A program made the position numbers and the translations under genes. The notes under the pieces are model-generated. The model did no database searches. It worked only from the letters and a program-made list of their open reading frames with translations, and was not told where the DNA came from. Shown here one piece after another: positions 1 to 11,162 of a stretch of DNA of 64,000 nucleotides. Within the stretch, counting starts at the first letter, position 1; every line of letters begins with the position of its first letter. Source of the DNA: an uncultured cyanobacterium (GTDB lineage: Bacteria; Cyanobacteriota; Cyanobacteriia; Cyanobacteriales; CAWUOF01); the NCBI GenBank assembly GCA_963744145.1, contig CAVUSO010000001.1, forward strand, positions 7,488,001 through 7,552,000, in the 5' to 3' direction.

Positions 1-161
1 ACTACATCTAGGAGAATGGCATCAAACCTTTTTTGGTCAAGCATGGCTTTTGCTGCTTCTGCTGTTGTCACCGTGGTGATGTTGAAACCCGCTTTCTGGA
101 GAGAGGTTGAAAAAAACTGGGCTTCAGTCATCGTATCTTCTACGACTAAAATAGTCGCCAT
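1..161 (-). CDS. CheY-like single-domain response regulator (PilH/PixH type); 3' part runs off the window
   Basis: Manual translation from ATG at 161: MATILVVEDTMTEAQFFSTSLQKAGFNITTVTTAEAAKAMLDQKRFDAILLDV. Receiver motifs ILVVED and ILLD; follows patA-like genes as in cyanobacterial tax clusters. Confidence 0.85.
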   Translation of the reverse strand, partial: MATILVVEDTMTEAQFFSTSLQKAGFNITTVTTAEAAKAMLDQKRFDAILLDV

Positions 162-320
162 ATAGTATTGGGGTACTTTTTCTAACAGGACTTAATTAAG
201 TATAACTAAAAAATTCTCATTTGTATATGGCTTCTATCTGATGATTTTTCAGATAAAAGCTACTTCCATTAATATTAAGAAATTATCGCTTTTTTTGCCA
301 AGATTAAGTATAATAGCGGA

Positions 321-1541
321 TCAAACCGTTAAATACTTTTGAATCATTTGCAGTACTTTCTCGGATTCAGGTGGTTTACTTAAAAAATCTGAGGCTCCGG
401 TAAGTTTGGCCCTGGTGCGATCGACAATTCCATCCCTACTGGTTAGTATGATAATCGGAGTCTGCCCAAAGGTTGGTGTTTTTCGTAAAAAATTACACAG
501 AGAATAACCATTAGTATCGGGCATTACTACATCTAGGAAAATTAAGTCCGGTTTCTCTTTGACTAAAGTAGACATCTGGGTAAGTGGCTCGGTAATCTTT
601 AAGAGCCGATATCCCGCAGGAAGCAGAATTTTTTCTAAGCTTTGGGCAACCACTGGACTGTCATCGATACAAGCAATTAAAGGTTTAGGAATATGGCTCG
701 GATTGACAGAAGTGGCTGTTGGTGCTATTGGTGCTGGTAAATCAGCTACTTCTCGCAGTTCGATCGCTCCCTTTTCCACGAAGGGTATTAAAGCATTAGT
801 GACCGCAATTAGCGATCGCTGCATCTGACGCGCAATATCCCAAAGAGTATTATTACCACTCAGATATTGCATGAAACCAGTTTGACTAGATTGATATTGT
901 TTTAAAGTTGGTGCCAAGTGAGGATAAATATGTGATAACCCTTTTTCTTGCCATTGTTGCCACAGTTTAACTGCTTGTTGCCAACCTTGTTCTATTTCTA
1001 AAGGAGATAGCGTCAGATTAAACGGAGTTTCGCTCAAGGGTGTAAGTCGAGCAATCCAATGACTATGCAGATTTTTCTGACTGGTGATATTAAAAAAAAC
1101 TTCTTGTGTATTAGTCCGAATAATGGCTTTACTTAGATGTAAGCTCAATAACTTTTGATTAATTGCTTCATATAGGAGTTGATATTCCCAAAGTTGATCT
1201 TTAATGGCAAAAGGAAGGTTAAGAAGTGTTTGCAGTCCCTTCTTGTCTTTTTCTTTCTGGTGCATTAACAAAGAACCAGAACTCTCGTCAATTCTGTCTA
1301 AGTTAGAATTGCAGATTTGGAGAGTTCTGTACCAACGTCTTACCCGATGTTTAGAGTCGGTAGCATATACTAAACGTCCGGAAAAAAAATAAAGTTCCCA
1401 TTGACGGGAGCTAGTAAAACTATCATTGTTCAGCGAATCATTGCTAGTTAAGGATAATTCTCCAGTTGCTTTACTTTGGCTGATTTCAGCAAGTTTAGGT
1501 AAAATTCCTGTTAATTCACTTATAGCAGTAGGTGCTAACAT
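321..1541 (-). CDS. PatA-family response regulator (N-terminal PATAN/DUF4388 domain + C-terminal receiver)
   Basis: N-terminal ATGEL...W.LYFFSGRLVYA...HRVRRW motif; C-terminal IACIDDS, IFLDVVMP, GASDFLSKP receiver. Confidence 0.9.
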   Translation of the reverse strand: MLAPTAISELTGILPKLAEISQSKATGELSLTSNDSLNNDSFTSSRQWELYFFSGRLVYATDSKHRVRRWYRTLQICNSNLDRIDESSGSLLMHQKEKDKKGLQTLLNLPFAIKDQLWEYQLLYEAINQKLLSLHLSKAIIRTNTQEVFFNITSQKNLHSHWIARLTPLSETPFNLTLSPLEIEQGWQQAVKLWQQWQEKGLSHIYPHLAPTLKQYQSSQTGFMQYLSGNNTLWDIARQMQRSLIAVTNALIPFVEKGAIELREVADLPAPIAPTATSVNPSHIPKPLIACIDDSPVVAQSLEKILLPAGYRLLKITEPLTQMSTLVKEKPDLIFLDVVMPDTNGYSLCNFLRKTPTFGQTPIIILTSRDGIVDRTRAKLTGASDFLSKPPESEKVLQMIQKYLTV

Positions 1542-2018
1542 TGATATCCTCCCCTTCCGGTAATTGCTATACTTTTATCCAATATAACAAGTTTTTTGGG
1601 GGATAATTGTGATTTGTCTCACATTATTAGTTAGCTAAACCGCTTAATTTTTTAGCCTAAAATTCCCTTGATTAATGTTGTTAAACTCAATCACTTAGTT
1701 GAATGGTAATATTTGTTACTAATCGCTAGTTTAAATTAATTTGCCTAGCTTTTTCAATCGCTGATGTAATTAAATTTTGGATTTTAATCGTCAATTAGGA
1801 TCCAATCTTTTAATTGGTTAACCTAATTATTTAATAAGTTGGTTGATGGCTAATTAAAAGTATAAAAATAACAAATAATTTGCTATGTTCGATTTTCTGA
1901 TTTGCCCAAATAGGACATAGTTGGGAGTTATCAAGCGCGATCGGGAAAATCTTTTTGAACAAAAAAATCCCCAACAAAAATCAGGTAATCAAAAAATTAC
2001 CGATTGATAAGTTTTAAT

Positions 2019-3218
2019 CTAGTCAGCAAAAACTAAGCTATTATGCCAATTGGGCATAGATTCATCTGAGATAACTCGAGAAGAATTAACTGGTAAATAT
2101 TTAGCGATTACCTGTAAAACCTTCTGTGCTTCGGGTGGTTTTCCTAAAAAATCGGAAGCTCCAACCAGTTTAGCTCTCGTCCGGTCAAAAATTCCATCCT
2201 GACTGGTGAGAATGACAATAGGTGTTTTGGCAAATACAGGGGTTTTTCGCAAAAAGCTACAAAGGGAATAACCACTGGTATCTGGCATGATTAAATCGAG
2301 GAAAATTAACTCTGGTTTTTGTTTGACCAAAATCGACATTTCTCGTAAGGGGTCTTGAATTCTCAACAATCCATAACCTGCTGGTCGGAGGATAATTTCT
2401 AAACGGTGGCTGATTACAGGACTATCATCTATACAAGCAATCAAACCTCTAGAGGAAGCAGAAGATTGGGGGAGAATGGGAGTTGGAGCCACAGGAGCAA
2501 TTAAATCAGGGATCTCCTGGAATTCAATCTTACCTTGTTTAACTAAGGGTAGCAAAAAGCGAGCTGCTTTGGTAATTGAAGTTCTCAGCGCGACAGCCAG
2601 ATCCCAAAGAGTATGTTTACCTGTCAACCATTTGGAAAGCAGGGCTGAATTTTCGGGAGAAGTTTGTGGTAAAGAGTTGGCATTGCGCCAGATTAGTCCT
2701 AAATTAAGGTTAATTTGCCCTAACCCCATTTCTTGCCATTCTTTGGCGATGCTTTGACCGTAAGCATTGAGTTGATCGACTTCTAGTAACGCAATTTGAG
2801 ATGTTGGTGCTTTGTAGGTTTGCCAAACACTCTTACATGGTAATGGATAATTGGCTATTTCTACGAAAACTTCTTGGGCACTGCTTTGAATGACCGCTTT
2901 AGCTTGAGCTAAACTAATTTCCCCTGCGGCGATCGCCTGGGATAGTTGTTGATGTTCCCATAGTTCGTTCCCTTTCATCGCCGTAGAGATTAATTTCTGC
3001 TGGGAAGCGATCGCTGGGCAATGTTGTTTAATGGCCCGCCACCACTGTCGCACGCGGTGTTTTTGACCATAAGCATAAATAATCCGTCCCAGAAAAAAAT
3101 ATAGGTGCCATTGGTAATCGACACTACGGAGAATTAATTCGCCGGTTGCTTGTTTTTGACTGAGTTGAGCTAGCCCGGGATAAATCTTTGTTAATGACGA
3201 AAACTCTGATAGTAGCAT
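2019..3218 (-). CDS. PatA-family response regulator
   Basis: Same PATAN + REC architecture (ATGEL, HRVRQW, IACIDDS, IFLDLIMP, GASDFLGKP). Confidence 0.9.
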   Translation of the reverse strand: MLLSEFSSLTKIYPGLAQLSQKQATGELILRSVDYQWHLYFFLGRIIYAYGQKHRVRQWWRAIKQHCPAIASQQKLISTAMKGNELWEHQQLSQAIAAGEISLAQAKAVIQSSAQEVFVEIANYPLPCKSVWQTYKAPTSQIALLEVDQLNAYGQSIAKEWQEMGLGQINLNLGLIWRNANSLPQTSPENSALLSKWLTGKHTLWDLAVALRTSITKAARFLLPLVKQGKIEFQEIPDLIAPVAPTPILPQSSASSRGLIACIDDSPVISHRLEIILRPAGYGLLRIQDPLREMSILVKQKPELIFLDLIMPDTSGYSLCSFLRKTPVFAKTPIVILTSQDGIFDRTRAKLVGASDFLGKPPEAQKVLQVIAKYLPVNSSRVISDESMPNWHNSLVFAD

Positions 3219-3422
3219 TTCTTTGGGTGGGAATTACCTATATGTCTTAACATATTGTAATATTTTGCTGCTATCTAGGTAAGGGTATTTCCCACATCTT
3301 TTCTATCCGTAAATTTACGGATGAGAAATTATGATCTATCGGTAGTAACAGGGATTTTTTACTCCCAAAAAAAAGCCATGACAGAATTGTCATGCAGAGG
3401 ATCATCTGTAATTTTTACGCAA

Positions 3423-4658
3423 TTACACTGAACGTGCTAAAGTTAAGCTGGTGGGGTGAATCTCAGTCATCTTCTCGGCTGGCTGGTGTTTAACTTCTGG
3501 TTGGAGATATTTGTGAACCATTTGCAAAACTTTTTGCGCTTCTGGTGGTTTACCCAGAAAATCTGAAGCCCCGGTTAACTTAGCTCTGGTGCGATCAACT
3601 ATGCCATCGCGACTGGTCAAGATAATAATGGGGGTTTTTTGGAAGACAGGAGTTTTGCGTAAAAAGGTACAAAGGGCATAACCAGTAGTATTGGGCATAA
3701 TTAAGTCGAGGAAAATTAAATCTGGTTTGTGTTTAACCATTGTCGAAATTTGTCTGAGGGGTTCAGTTATTTTCATCACTCGATATCCAGCTGGGGCGAG
3801 AATTTTCTCTAAAGCCTGAGTGATCACTGGACTATCATCAATACAAGCGATTAATTTTCCAGGAGTAGCAGAATTAACGGTCGTAGCTGGGGGTTTAGGA
3901 GTTGGTAACGCTACATCTCCAACTTCTCTGAGTTCAATTTTGTTACTTTCAATCCAGGGTAGCAACAATCCAGTTAGGGCTGAGACTGGACGCTGGATTT
4001 GCCATGCAATATCCCAAAGCGTATTTTTACCGTTGAGTAACTGGAGTAGACGAATTTTATCTTGCCCAGGTTGAGGTGTTCTTAATACTGGTGCTAACAT
4101 CGGCGAAATATGACTTAAACCAGACTCTTGCCATTCTTGCCATAGCTTTTGTCCTTCTTGGAATACTTCATCTATTTCCTGAGAGGATAGAGGTAGACTT
4201 AAAAATCTTTCTGGACAATGTTGTCCACCAGGAAACCAAGAAATAGTAGATTCTAGTTCTCCATTCACACTAAAAAAGATTTCTTTGGCGCTATTATAGA
4301 TAACTTTTTTCGCTTCTGATACACTAAGTTTATTTTCAATCAATTTTTGATGGAGGATTTGGAATTCCCAAGGTTGAGTAAACCCTTCAGTTTTGGTGGC
4401 AGTTTTAGCTGGTCCGATCTCTCCAGGGTTTTTGAGCATTTCTGCGGCTAAACTTGGACTACCTTGCTGTAAAGCTCTAAACCACCGTCTGATCCGATGT
4501 CTCATCCCCGTAGCATAAAGTAGACGTCCCACAACAAAATAAAGGCTACATTGACGATCCCCAGTAGCAAAATTTAATTCGCCGGTAGCTCGTTGTTGAC
4601 TGATGATCTCGAGCTGCTGCGCTAGTTTAGAATTTTTAGATGATAAATTAGATAGCAT
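3423..4658 (-). CDS. PatA-family response regulator
   Basis: Same PATAN + REC architecture (ATGEL, HRIRRW, IACIDDS, IFLDLIMP). Confidence 0.9.
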   Translation of the reverse strand: MLSNLSSKNSKLAQQLEIISQQRATGELNFATGDRQCSLYFVVGRLLYATGMRHRIRRWFRALQQGSPSLAAEMLKNPGEIGPAKTATKTEGFTQPWEFQILHQKLIENKLSVSEAKKVIYNSAKEIFFSVNGELESTISWFPGGQHCPERFLSLPLSSQEIDEVFQEGQKLWQEWQESGLSHISPMLAPVLRTPQPGQDKIRLLQLLNGKNTLWDIAWQIQRPVSALTGLLLPWIESNKIELREVGDVALPTPKPPATTVNSATPGKLIACIDDSPVITQALEKILAPAGYRVMKITEPLRQISTMVKHKPDLIFLDLIMPNTTGYALCTFLRKTPVFQKTPIIILTSRDGIVDRTRAKLTGASDFLGKPPEAQKVLQMVHKYLQPEVKHQPAEKMTEIHPTSLTLARSV

Positions 4659-4979
4659 TTTTTCCCCAGAAGACTTTTATTAATCTAAACCTAATCATAA
4701 GTCTTGAGTCATAGCTTATTCATCAGTGAATGTACCGAAAGGTTTTTAAATAGTTTTTAAGTTAACCTGCTTCCTGTTTGCCATCAACACCATGACTTGC
4801 CCCCCCTGGGAAAATCGATTCTGACTAATTTTTATTGGTGATGACAAAATAACTTGGGAGTTTAATTAAATCGGTTGTTTTGTCTGTCATATTTTTAATG
4901 CTCCTCCTCAGTTTAATTACTGAAGTTCTCAGTTATCTAGGATTTTGGAGAAAATAAATGTTACCAATTTATCAAAATA

Positions 4980-7133
4980 TCAAGTATTTTTAGTTGCTAA
5001 AGCAAATGCTTCACCTTGATTAGTATAAAAGCGGAGATAGTTCCAGTAATTTTCAAAAACTGCTTTAACATAGTCTTTGGTTTCCGGAAAGGGAATATTT
5101 TCAATAAATTCATCGGGGTCTTTAAACCCATACTTTTGGACCCAATCCGTCACATTGCCCGGGCCCGCATTATAACTAGCGACAGCTAAGAGGGAATTGT
5201 TCTTATATTCATCATGGATATGGTCAAGATACCAAGTGCCGATCGCGATATTATCACTAGGGTGATTGAGTTGATAGGTTTTTAAGGGAATTTTTTCGGC
5301 CACCCAACTCGCCGTTTCGGGCATAACTTGCATTAACCCGGTGGCCCCAACGCTAGATTTGATGCTGGGCATAAATCGTGATTCTTGCCGAATTAAAGCA
5401 TTAACTAGCAAAGGGTTAATGGTGTGCTGTTTAGACCATTTTTCAATCAGGTCGAAATAAGGAAACGGGTAGAGTGCTTGCCAATAGGCAATTTGTTGTC
5501 TAATGGCTAAATATTGCGATCGCTCTTCAGGAGTATCTCGGCGATCCAAACTTGATACCATAAAGATCCCATCTAGGCGATCGCCCACACCGATTCTCAT
5601 TAATCCATCAGTAAATTGTTCAGCAACTGTGGGTTGGATCGGATTTTTAAATTCTACTTGCCACAAAGTCCAAGCATCCTGATCTTGCCCTAATAAATAG
5701 AGTTCTTGCAAAGTAGTTGATCCCGTTAATAAACGAGTCCGCAGGGGTCGCTTTAAGACGGGCATCAATTGATTTATATTATTAAAATCTCCGACTTTTT
5801 TACCTAGCAGTACCGCCGATCGCCACGCATAGTATGATTCTGGGTATTTGCTTAACGTATATTCAAAGGATGTTTTCGCTTCTTGGGAATGCCCCAACTG
5901 GGCTGCCCATTTGCCGACCCAAAAACTTGCTTCTGGGGCTAATTCACTGTTAGGGTTTTCGGCGGTAATTTGTTGCGCCCATTGCCAAGCTCCTTGGAGA
6001 TCACCAAGATTTAAACGTTGTTTAGCAATTTTCCACCGGACTTGAGCGGCTGATTCTGATTGACTATATTGAGTTAGAAGTAACTGTCTGGCTTGATAAG
6101 CTGATTTGGCACTAGACAGACTATCAAGAATATCCGCTTTATTTAAAAGTGCTTCTCCCGCCTGATCGGGGAAATGTTCGATGGCTCGATCCAGATAAAA
6201 AGAGGCATCTTTTGGCTCTGCTAGTTTCGCTAGACGCAGTAGAGCGATCGCCGTTTCTTTCGCATCGGGAAAATCTTTAACCAATTGCCGATAGATGGGT
6301 TTTCCTTCGAGTCCTTTACCATCTAGTTGTAGCCCTCTGGCGGCTCGATAAAGATTACGAGGAGTCGGATTAGCTCTGGCGTAGGCGATCGCCGCTTTAC
6401 CATATAATTGTTTTTCCCAGTAAGCAAAGCCAATCAATTCCCAGTCTTCCGATTTTAATTGGGGTGGCTTCTGGGTGAGGAGTTGCTCCAGAATTGTATT
6501 AATGTCGGTACGATAAAAGCCGTATTTTACCATCAACATCATTAATGGTAATTGTTTCGGGTTTTGTTGTAATTTTAAGCGGACAATTTCCAACGTACTG
6601 GGATGACTGGGAAACTGGGCGATCGCTTGGTCCCAATATTTGGGGTTAGTTTGGCCGAGGGCCAATAAAGCATAGGCCGCCACCGGGTCATTTCCGTAAT
6701 TATTCAGTAATTCCTGCCAAGACGCAATAGTTTTAGTTTTATCACCAATGAGTTCATAAGCTTGGGCTCGTTTGAGCGCCACATAACTGGCTAAGAGGGG
6801 ATATTCTTGTTCTAGTCCTTCTAACCATTGCAGCGCTTTCTTGCCCTGCTTTTGTTCAATCAGATCGCTGGCTAAAATATATCGAGAACGACTCCGATCT
6901 AGAGATTTCGGTCCTTGAGCCAAAGCTTCTAATTGAGCGATTCGGTCTGACGGTGGTAGTTCGACTAACTGAATCAGTGCTGAGTTAGTGAGAGGGGCTT
7001 CTGTTTGCATGAACTTAGGCTGGAGTTGGCTAAGACTTGTTGATTTCATCGCCCAGATGATGGCACCAATCACCAAAGCACTTAACCCAACACCAACCAC
7101 TAGAGAATTTCTAGGTTTCCGTTTTCTCAACAT
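4980..7133 (-). CDS. slt: Soluble lytic murein transglycosylase (TPR-like superhelix + SLT domain)
   Basis: N-terminal TM helix; SLT motifs IRQES, GATGLMQVMP, ASYNAGPG, ETKDYV. Confidence 0.9.
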   Translation of the reverse strand: MLRKRKPRNSLVVGVGLSALVIGAIIWAMKSTSLSQLQPKFMQTEAPLTNSALIQLVELPPSDRIAQLEALAQGPKSLDRSRSRYILASDLIEQKQGKKALQWLEGLEQEYPLLASYVALKRAQAYELIGDKTKTIASWQELLNNYGNDPVAAYALLALGQTNPKYWDQAIAQFPSHPSTLEIVRLKLQQNPKQLPLMMLMVKYGFYRTDINTILEQLLTQKPPQLKSEDWELIGFAYWEKQLYGKAAIAYARANPTPRNLYRAARGLQLDGKGLEGKPIYRQLVKDFPDAKETAIALLRLAKLAEPKDASFYLDRAIEHFPDQAGEALLNKADILDSLSSAKSAYQARQLLLTQYSQSESAAQVRWKIAKQRLNLGDLQGAWQWAQQITAENPNSELAPEASFWVGKWAAQLGHSQEAKTSFEYTLSKYPESYYAWRSAVLLGKKVGDFNNINQLMPVLKRPLRTRLLTGSTTLQELYLLGQDQDAWTLWQVEFKNPIQPTVAEQFTDGLMRIGVGDRLDGIFMVSSLDRRDTPEERSQYLAIRQQIAYWQALYPFPYFDLIEKWSKQHTINPLLVNALIRQESRFMPSIKSSVGATGLMQVMPETASWVAEKIPLKTYQLNHPSDNIAIGTWYLDHIHDEYKNNSLLAVASYNAGPGNVTDWVQKYGFKDPDEFIENIPFPETKDYVKAVFENYWNYLRFYTNQGEAFALATKNT

Positions 7134-7905
7134 TAATCCTCACTGGTTTTTCTAAGTGCGTCTAGTCAGAATCCATTTCAGTAGTTACCCAGCCAAAAAC
7201 AAATTCGTTCGGTGGCCATACTTTCATGAGCAAGTAAGTGTATTCATGATCCAAGCACCTACTCCTGAGAGAAAATTTTTAGTGGTATCCATCTATGGCT
7301 ACATTTAGTTCAAAACTTGTCATCCTATTGCCTAGGAATTTTCCGCACCCTGTGATCCAGTTTTAATCGTTATGTACATAGAAAGCAATTACTATTCTAA
7401 CAGTCCTCCACTTTGAATTACACCGGACATCTTACCAAGTAGTAGTCAAACTTGGTAAATATTTTGTGGATCAAAGATCACTTCTGCAACAATCCGTAAC
7501 TCAATCGAAGGTTGGGACATCCTGACAATTTGCCATGATTAATCGGATTGTTGGCTGAATTGTCACCAAAAGCAGTTATTGTTGATCGGTCAAACTTTGA
7601 TATATGAGATTAGCAGCGAAACGGCTAAATTGGATCAGGAATTTTTTCTTGTCGCTATTTAATTTTTTAAATATGTCACATTAATTGTGCAATTACCACT
7701 GCTAATTAATCTAGTTTTAATCGTGATGATTAATCTAGTTTACTCAAATCAGCAACCAGGTTGATGCCAAGATTAATCTTGCTTTGAGAGACTTAGGTGC
7801 AGTTGTTTGGGAATTAATTGGGGAAAATAGGGGATGGACGGGTTGATCGAGCAGGAATCTGTCAAGATTAGTTAAGAATGAATTAAAATATTTTGAGGCA
7901 AAAAA

Positions 7906-9378
7906 ATGGATGTTCGTGGAACTGATACTCTGTGCTGGGACTGGTCTGGTGATACTCTGGTGATTGGCTTATTTGAGGACATGGAGTTAACGGACGATCT
8001 GGTAGCACTGGATAAAAAGCTCTGCGGAGGATTGACAGAACTGATCAGTGAGACAGAATTTAAAGGAAAAGAAGGTAGTCGTAATATTACGAGAGTGGAT
8101 CGCAATAGCCTGATGCGGAAAATTGCTCTAGTTGGACTCGGTCAGCGAGATGGCGCTAAATTAGACCAGTGGCGCAAAGCAGGAGCGATTTGCGCTCGGT
8201 TAGCAAAAAAAGAAAAAATTAAGACTCTGGGGATACAATTACCAATACATCAGTATGACCCAGCAGTGATTACTCAAGCCATGGTCGAAGGCTTAGAATT
8301 GGCAGTCTATCAAGATTATCGGTTTAAATCTGAATCAGATGATCAAGCTTTGAAACTGGAACAAGTAGATTTATTAGGCTTGGGCGATCAATCAGCAGCG
8401 ATTGATCGCGCTCGTACTATTAATGCTGGAGTGATCCTGGCACGTCAATTGGTGGCAGCCCCAGCTAATCGGGTCACACCAGAAATACTGGCCCAAACTG
8501 CTCTGGCGATCGCGGCTGAATATGGTTTAGCGGTGGAAATTTTGGAGCGAGCTGATTGTGAACAACGGGGAATGGGGGCTTTTTTAGGAGTGGCTCAAGG
8601 TTCGGATCTCCCTCCCAAATTTATCCATCTCACCTATACACCAGCAACTACTCCGAGAAGGAAATTAGCGATTATTGGTAAAGGGATTACCTTTGATTCG
8701 GGAGGACTGAATCTGAAAGTCTCGGGGAGTGGGATTGAATTGATGAAAACTGATATGGCTGGTGCTGCAGCTACTCTGGGTGCAGCGAAAGTAATTGGGC
8801 AGTTAAAACCAGATGTAGAAGTCCATTTTATTAGTGCTGTGACGGAGAATATGATTAGTGGTCGAGCCATTCACCCAGGTGATATCCTCACTGCATCTAA
8901 TGGTAAGACGATTGAAGTGAATAATACTGATGCTGAAGGACGTTTGACTTTGGCTGATGCTTTGGTCTTTGCTGAACAATTGGGAGTAGATGCGATCGTG
9001 GATTTGGCGACTTTAACTGGTGCTTGTGTGATTGCTCTGGGTGATGATATTGCGGGACTATGGAGTTCAAGTGATGCGATCGCCTCGGAATTATTACAAG
9101 CATCGAGCCTAGCTGGAGAAAAATTGTGGCGGATGCCTTTAGAAGAAAAGTATTTTGAGGGGATGAAATCGATCGTCGCTGATATGAAAAATACTGGTCC
9201 GCGTAGTGGTGGAGCGATTTCTGCGGCGATGTTTTTGAAGCAGTTTGTTAAGGATACCAATTGGGCGCATTTAGATATTGCTGGTCCGGCTTGGATAGAT
9301 AAAGAAAATGCTTATGTTAGTGCTGGTGCAACTGGTTTTGGTGTCCGGACTCTGGTGAATTGGGTGGAGCTAACTTGA
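7906..9378 (+). CDS. pepA: Leucyl aminopeptidase (M17)
   Basis: [39 protein letters not shown] motifs. Confidence 0.95.
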   Translation: MDVRGTDTLCWDWSGDTLVIGLFEDMELTDDLVALDKKLCGGLTELISETEFKGKEGSRNITRVDRNSLMRKIALVGLGQRDGAKLDQWRKAGAICARLAKKEKIKTLGIQLPIHQYDPAVITQAMVEGLELAVYQDYRFKSESDDQALKLEQVDLLGLGDQSAAIDRARTINAGVILARQLVAAPANRVTPEILAQTALAIAAEYGLAVEILERADCEQRGMGAFLGVAQGSDLPPKFIHLTYTPATTPRRKLAIIGKGITFDSGGLNLKVSGSGIELMKTDMAGAAATLGAAKVIGQLKPDVEVHFISAVTENMISGRAIHPGDILTASNGKTIEVNNTDAEGRLTLADALVFAEQLGVDAIVDLATLTGACVIALGDDIAGLWSSSDAIASELLQASSLAGEKLWRMPLEEKYFEGMKSIVADMKNTGPRSGGAISAAMFLKQFVKDTNWAHLDIAGPAWIDKENAYVSAGATGFGVRTLVNWVELT

Positions 9379-9509
9379 TCTGATCAGGCTGATGATTCTA
9401 CCAGAACAATTGTTGGACTAGGGCTGTTTCATGCTCGATCCTCACCTGTGATCGACCTAACCCCCCAACCCCCTTCCCTGCGAGGGCAGGGGGAGTAATT
9501 AAGTTAAGT

Positions 9510-11058
9510 GTAGGGGTGAAGCATTCGGGCGACAATTGAACAATCAAACCAGTAATATTATACCCGAATGCTTCGCCCTTCTTCTGTGCCGAGAGTTCCC
9601 AAAAAATTCTGAACTGAATGTATTATATATCTAGTTGATCTGTTGGTTGCATAGATGGCAGGGCAAAGCATTTCGGTCATATTATTCTTCCCTTCGACTA
9701 CGCTCAGGGTAAACGCTTCAGCAATTATTTATGCGCCGAAATGCTTTGCCCCTACGAGGAACTGAACTGGATTGGTATTTAATCAGCGATCGCTTGTAGA
9801 TCAATCGGGTGTAGGGGCGAAGCATTCGGGCGATAATTTACCGCTTAAACCAGCAATATTATATCCGAATGCTTCGCCCCTCTTCTGCGCCGAGCTCCCC
9901 AAAAATTCTTAACTGAATGTATTGTAATATCTAGTTGATCTGTTGGTTGCATAGATGGCAGGGCAAAGCATTTCGGTAATATTATTCTTCCCTTCGACTA
10001 CGCTCAGGGTAAACGCTTCAGCAATCATTTATGCGCCGAAATGCTTTGCCCCTACGAGGAACTGAACTGGATTGGTATTTAATCAGCGATCGCTTGCCGA
10101 TCAATCGGATGTAGGGGCGAAGCATTCGGGCGATAATTTACCGCTTAAACCAGCAATATTATATCCGAATGCTTCGCCCCTCTTCTGCGCCGAGCTCCCC
10201 AAAAATTCTTAACTGAATGTATTGTAATATCTAGTTGATCTGTTGGTTGCATAGATGGCAGGGCAAAGCATTTCGGTAATATTATTCTTCCCTTCGACTA
10301 CGCTCAGGGTAAACGCTTCAGCAATCATTTATGCGCCGAAATGCTTTGCCCCTACGAGGAACTGAACTGGATTGGTATTTAATCAGCGATCGCTTGCCGA
10401 TCAATGGGGTGTAGGGGCGAAGCATTCGGGCGATAATTGAACAATCAAACCAGCAATATTAGATCCGAATGCTTCGCCCTTCTTCTGCGCCGAGCTCCCC
10501 AAAAATTCTGAACTGAATGGATTGTAATATCTAGTTGATCTGTTGGCTACATAGATGGCAGGGCAAAGCATTTCGGTAATATTATTCTTCGTTTCAGCAA
10601 TCATTTATGCGCCGAAATGCTTGCCCCTACGAGGAACTGAACTGGATTGGTATTTAATCAGCGATCGCTTGCCGATCAATGGGGCGTAGGGGCGAAGCAT
10701 TCGGGCGACAATTGAACAATCAAACCAGCAATATTATACCCGAATGCTTCGCCCTTCTTCTGCGCCGAAATCCCCAAAAATTCTTAACTGAATGTATTAT
10801 AATATCTAGTTAATCTGTTGGTTGCATAGATAGCGAGGGCAAAGCATTTCGGTAATATTATTCTTCGCTTCAGCAATTATTTATGCGCCGAAATGCTTTG
10901 CCCCTACAAAGAACTGAACTGGATTGGTATTTAATCAGCGATCGCTTGCCGATCAATCGGGCGTAGGGGCGAAGCATTCGGGCGACAATTGAACAATCAA
11001 ACCAGCAATATTATATCCGAATGCTTCGCCCTTCTTCTGCGCCGAGCTCCCCAAAAAT
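9510..11058. repeat. Tandem array of about 5.3 BIME-like units (275-301 bp) built from GTAG-type REP palindromes
   Basis: Units start with GTAGGGG(C/T)GAAGCATTCGGGCG at 9510, 9811, 10111, 10411, 10686 and 10963. Each full unit has two hairpins (AAGCATTCGG..CCGAATGCTT and AAAGCATTTCGG..CCGAAATGCTT(T)GCCCCTAC) and one HIP1 site. Confidence 0.9.
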
Positions 11059-11162
11059 ATCATAGTTTAAGCAACTAATGAAATGCTGCAAACCTCATTC
11101 CTACGTCATCCAATTTTTCTGAAAAATATTGTTGATCTTTTAAAAAAGCTATATGTTAGAGT

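Noticed and set aside
559..4074. Similar short plus-strand ORFs opposite the patA genes, and other antisense ORFs in the track
   Set aside because: They are antisense shadows of well-supported genes; their similarity mirrors the paralogous sense strands
7140..7870. Hidden small gene or ncRNA in the long slt-pepA intergenic region
   Set aside because: The part I translated (about 7160-7300, minus strand) gave only ORFs of roughly 20 codons, and I recognised no RNA motif
10401..10604. 67-aa ORF, and the similar 60-aa ORF at 36141-36323
   Set aside because: Both lie wholly within the REP repeat units and are probably incidental frames
9510..11058. CRISPR array
   Set aside because: Sequences between the palindromes are near-identical rather than unique spacers, the period is about 300 bp, and there are no cas genes
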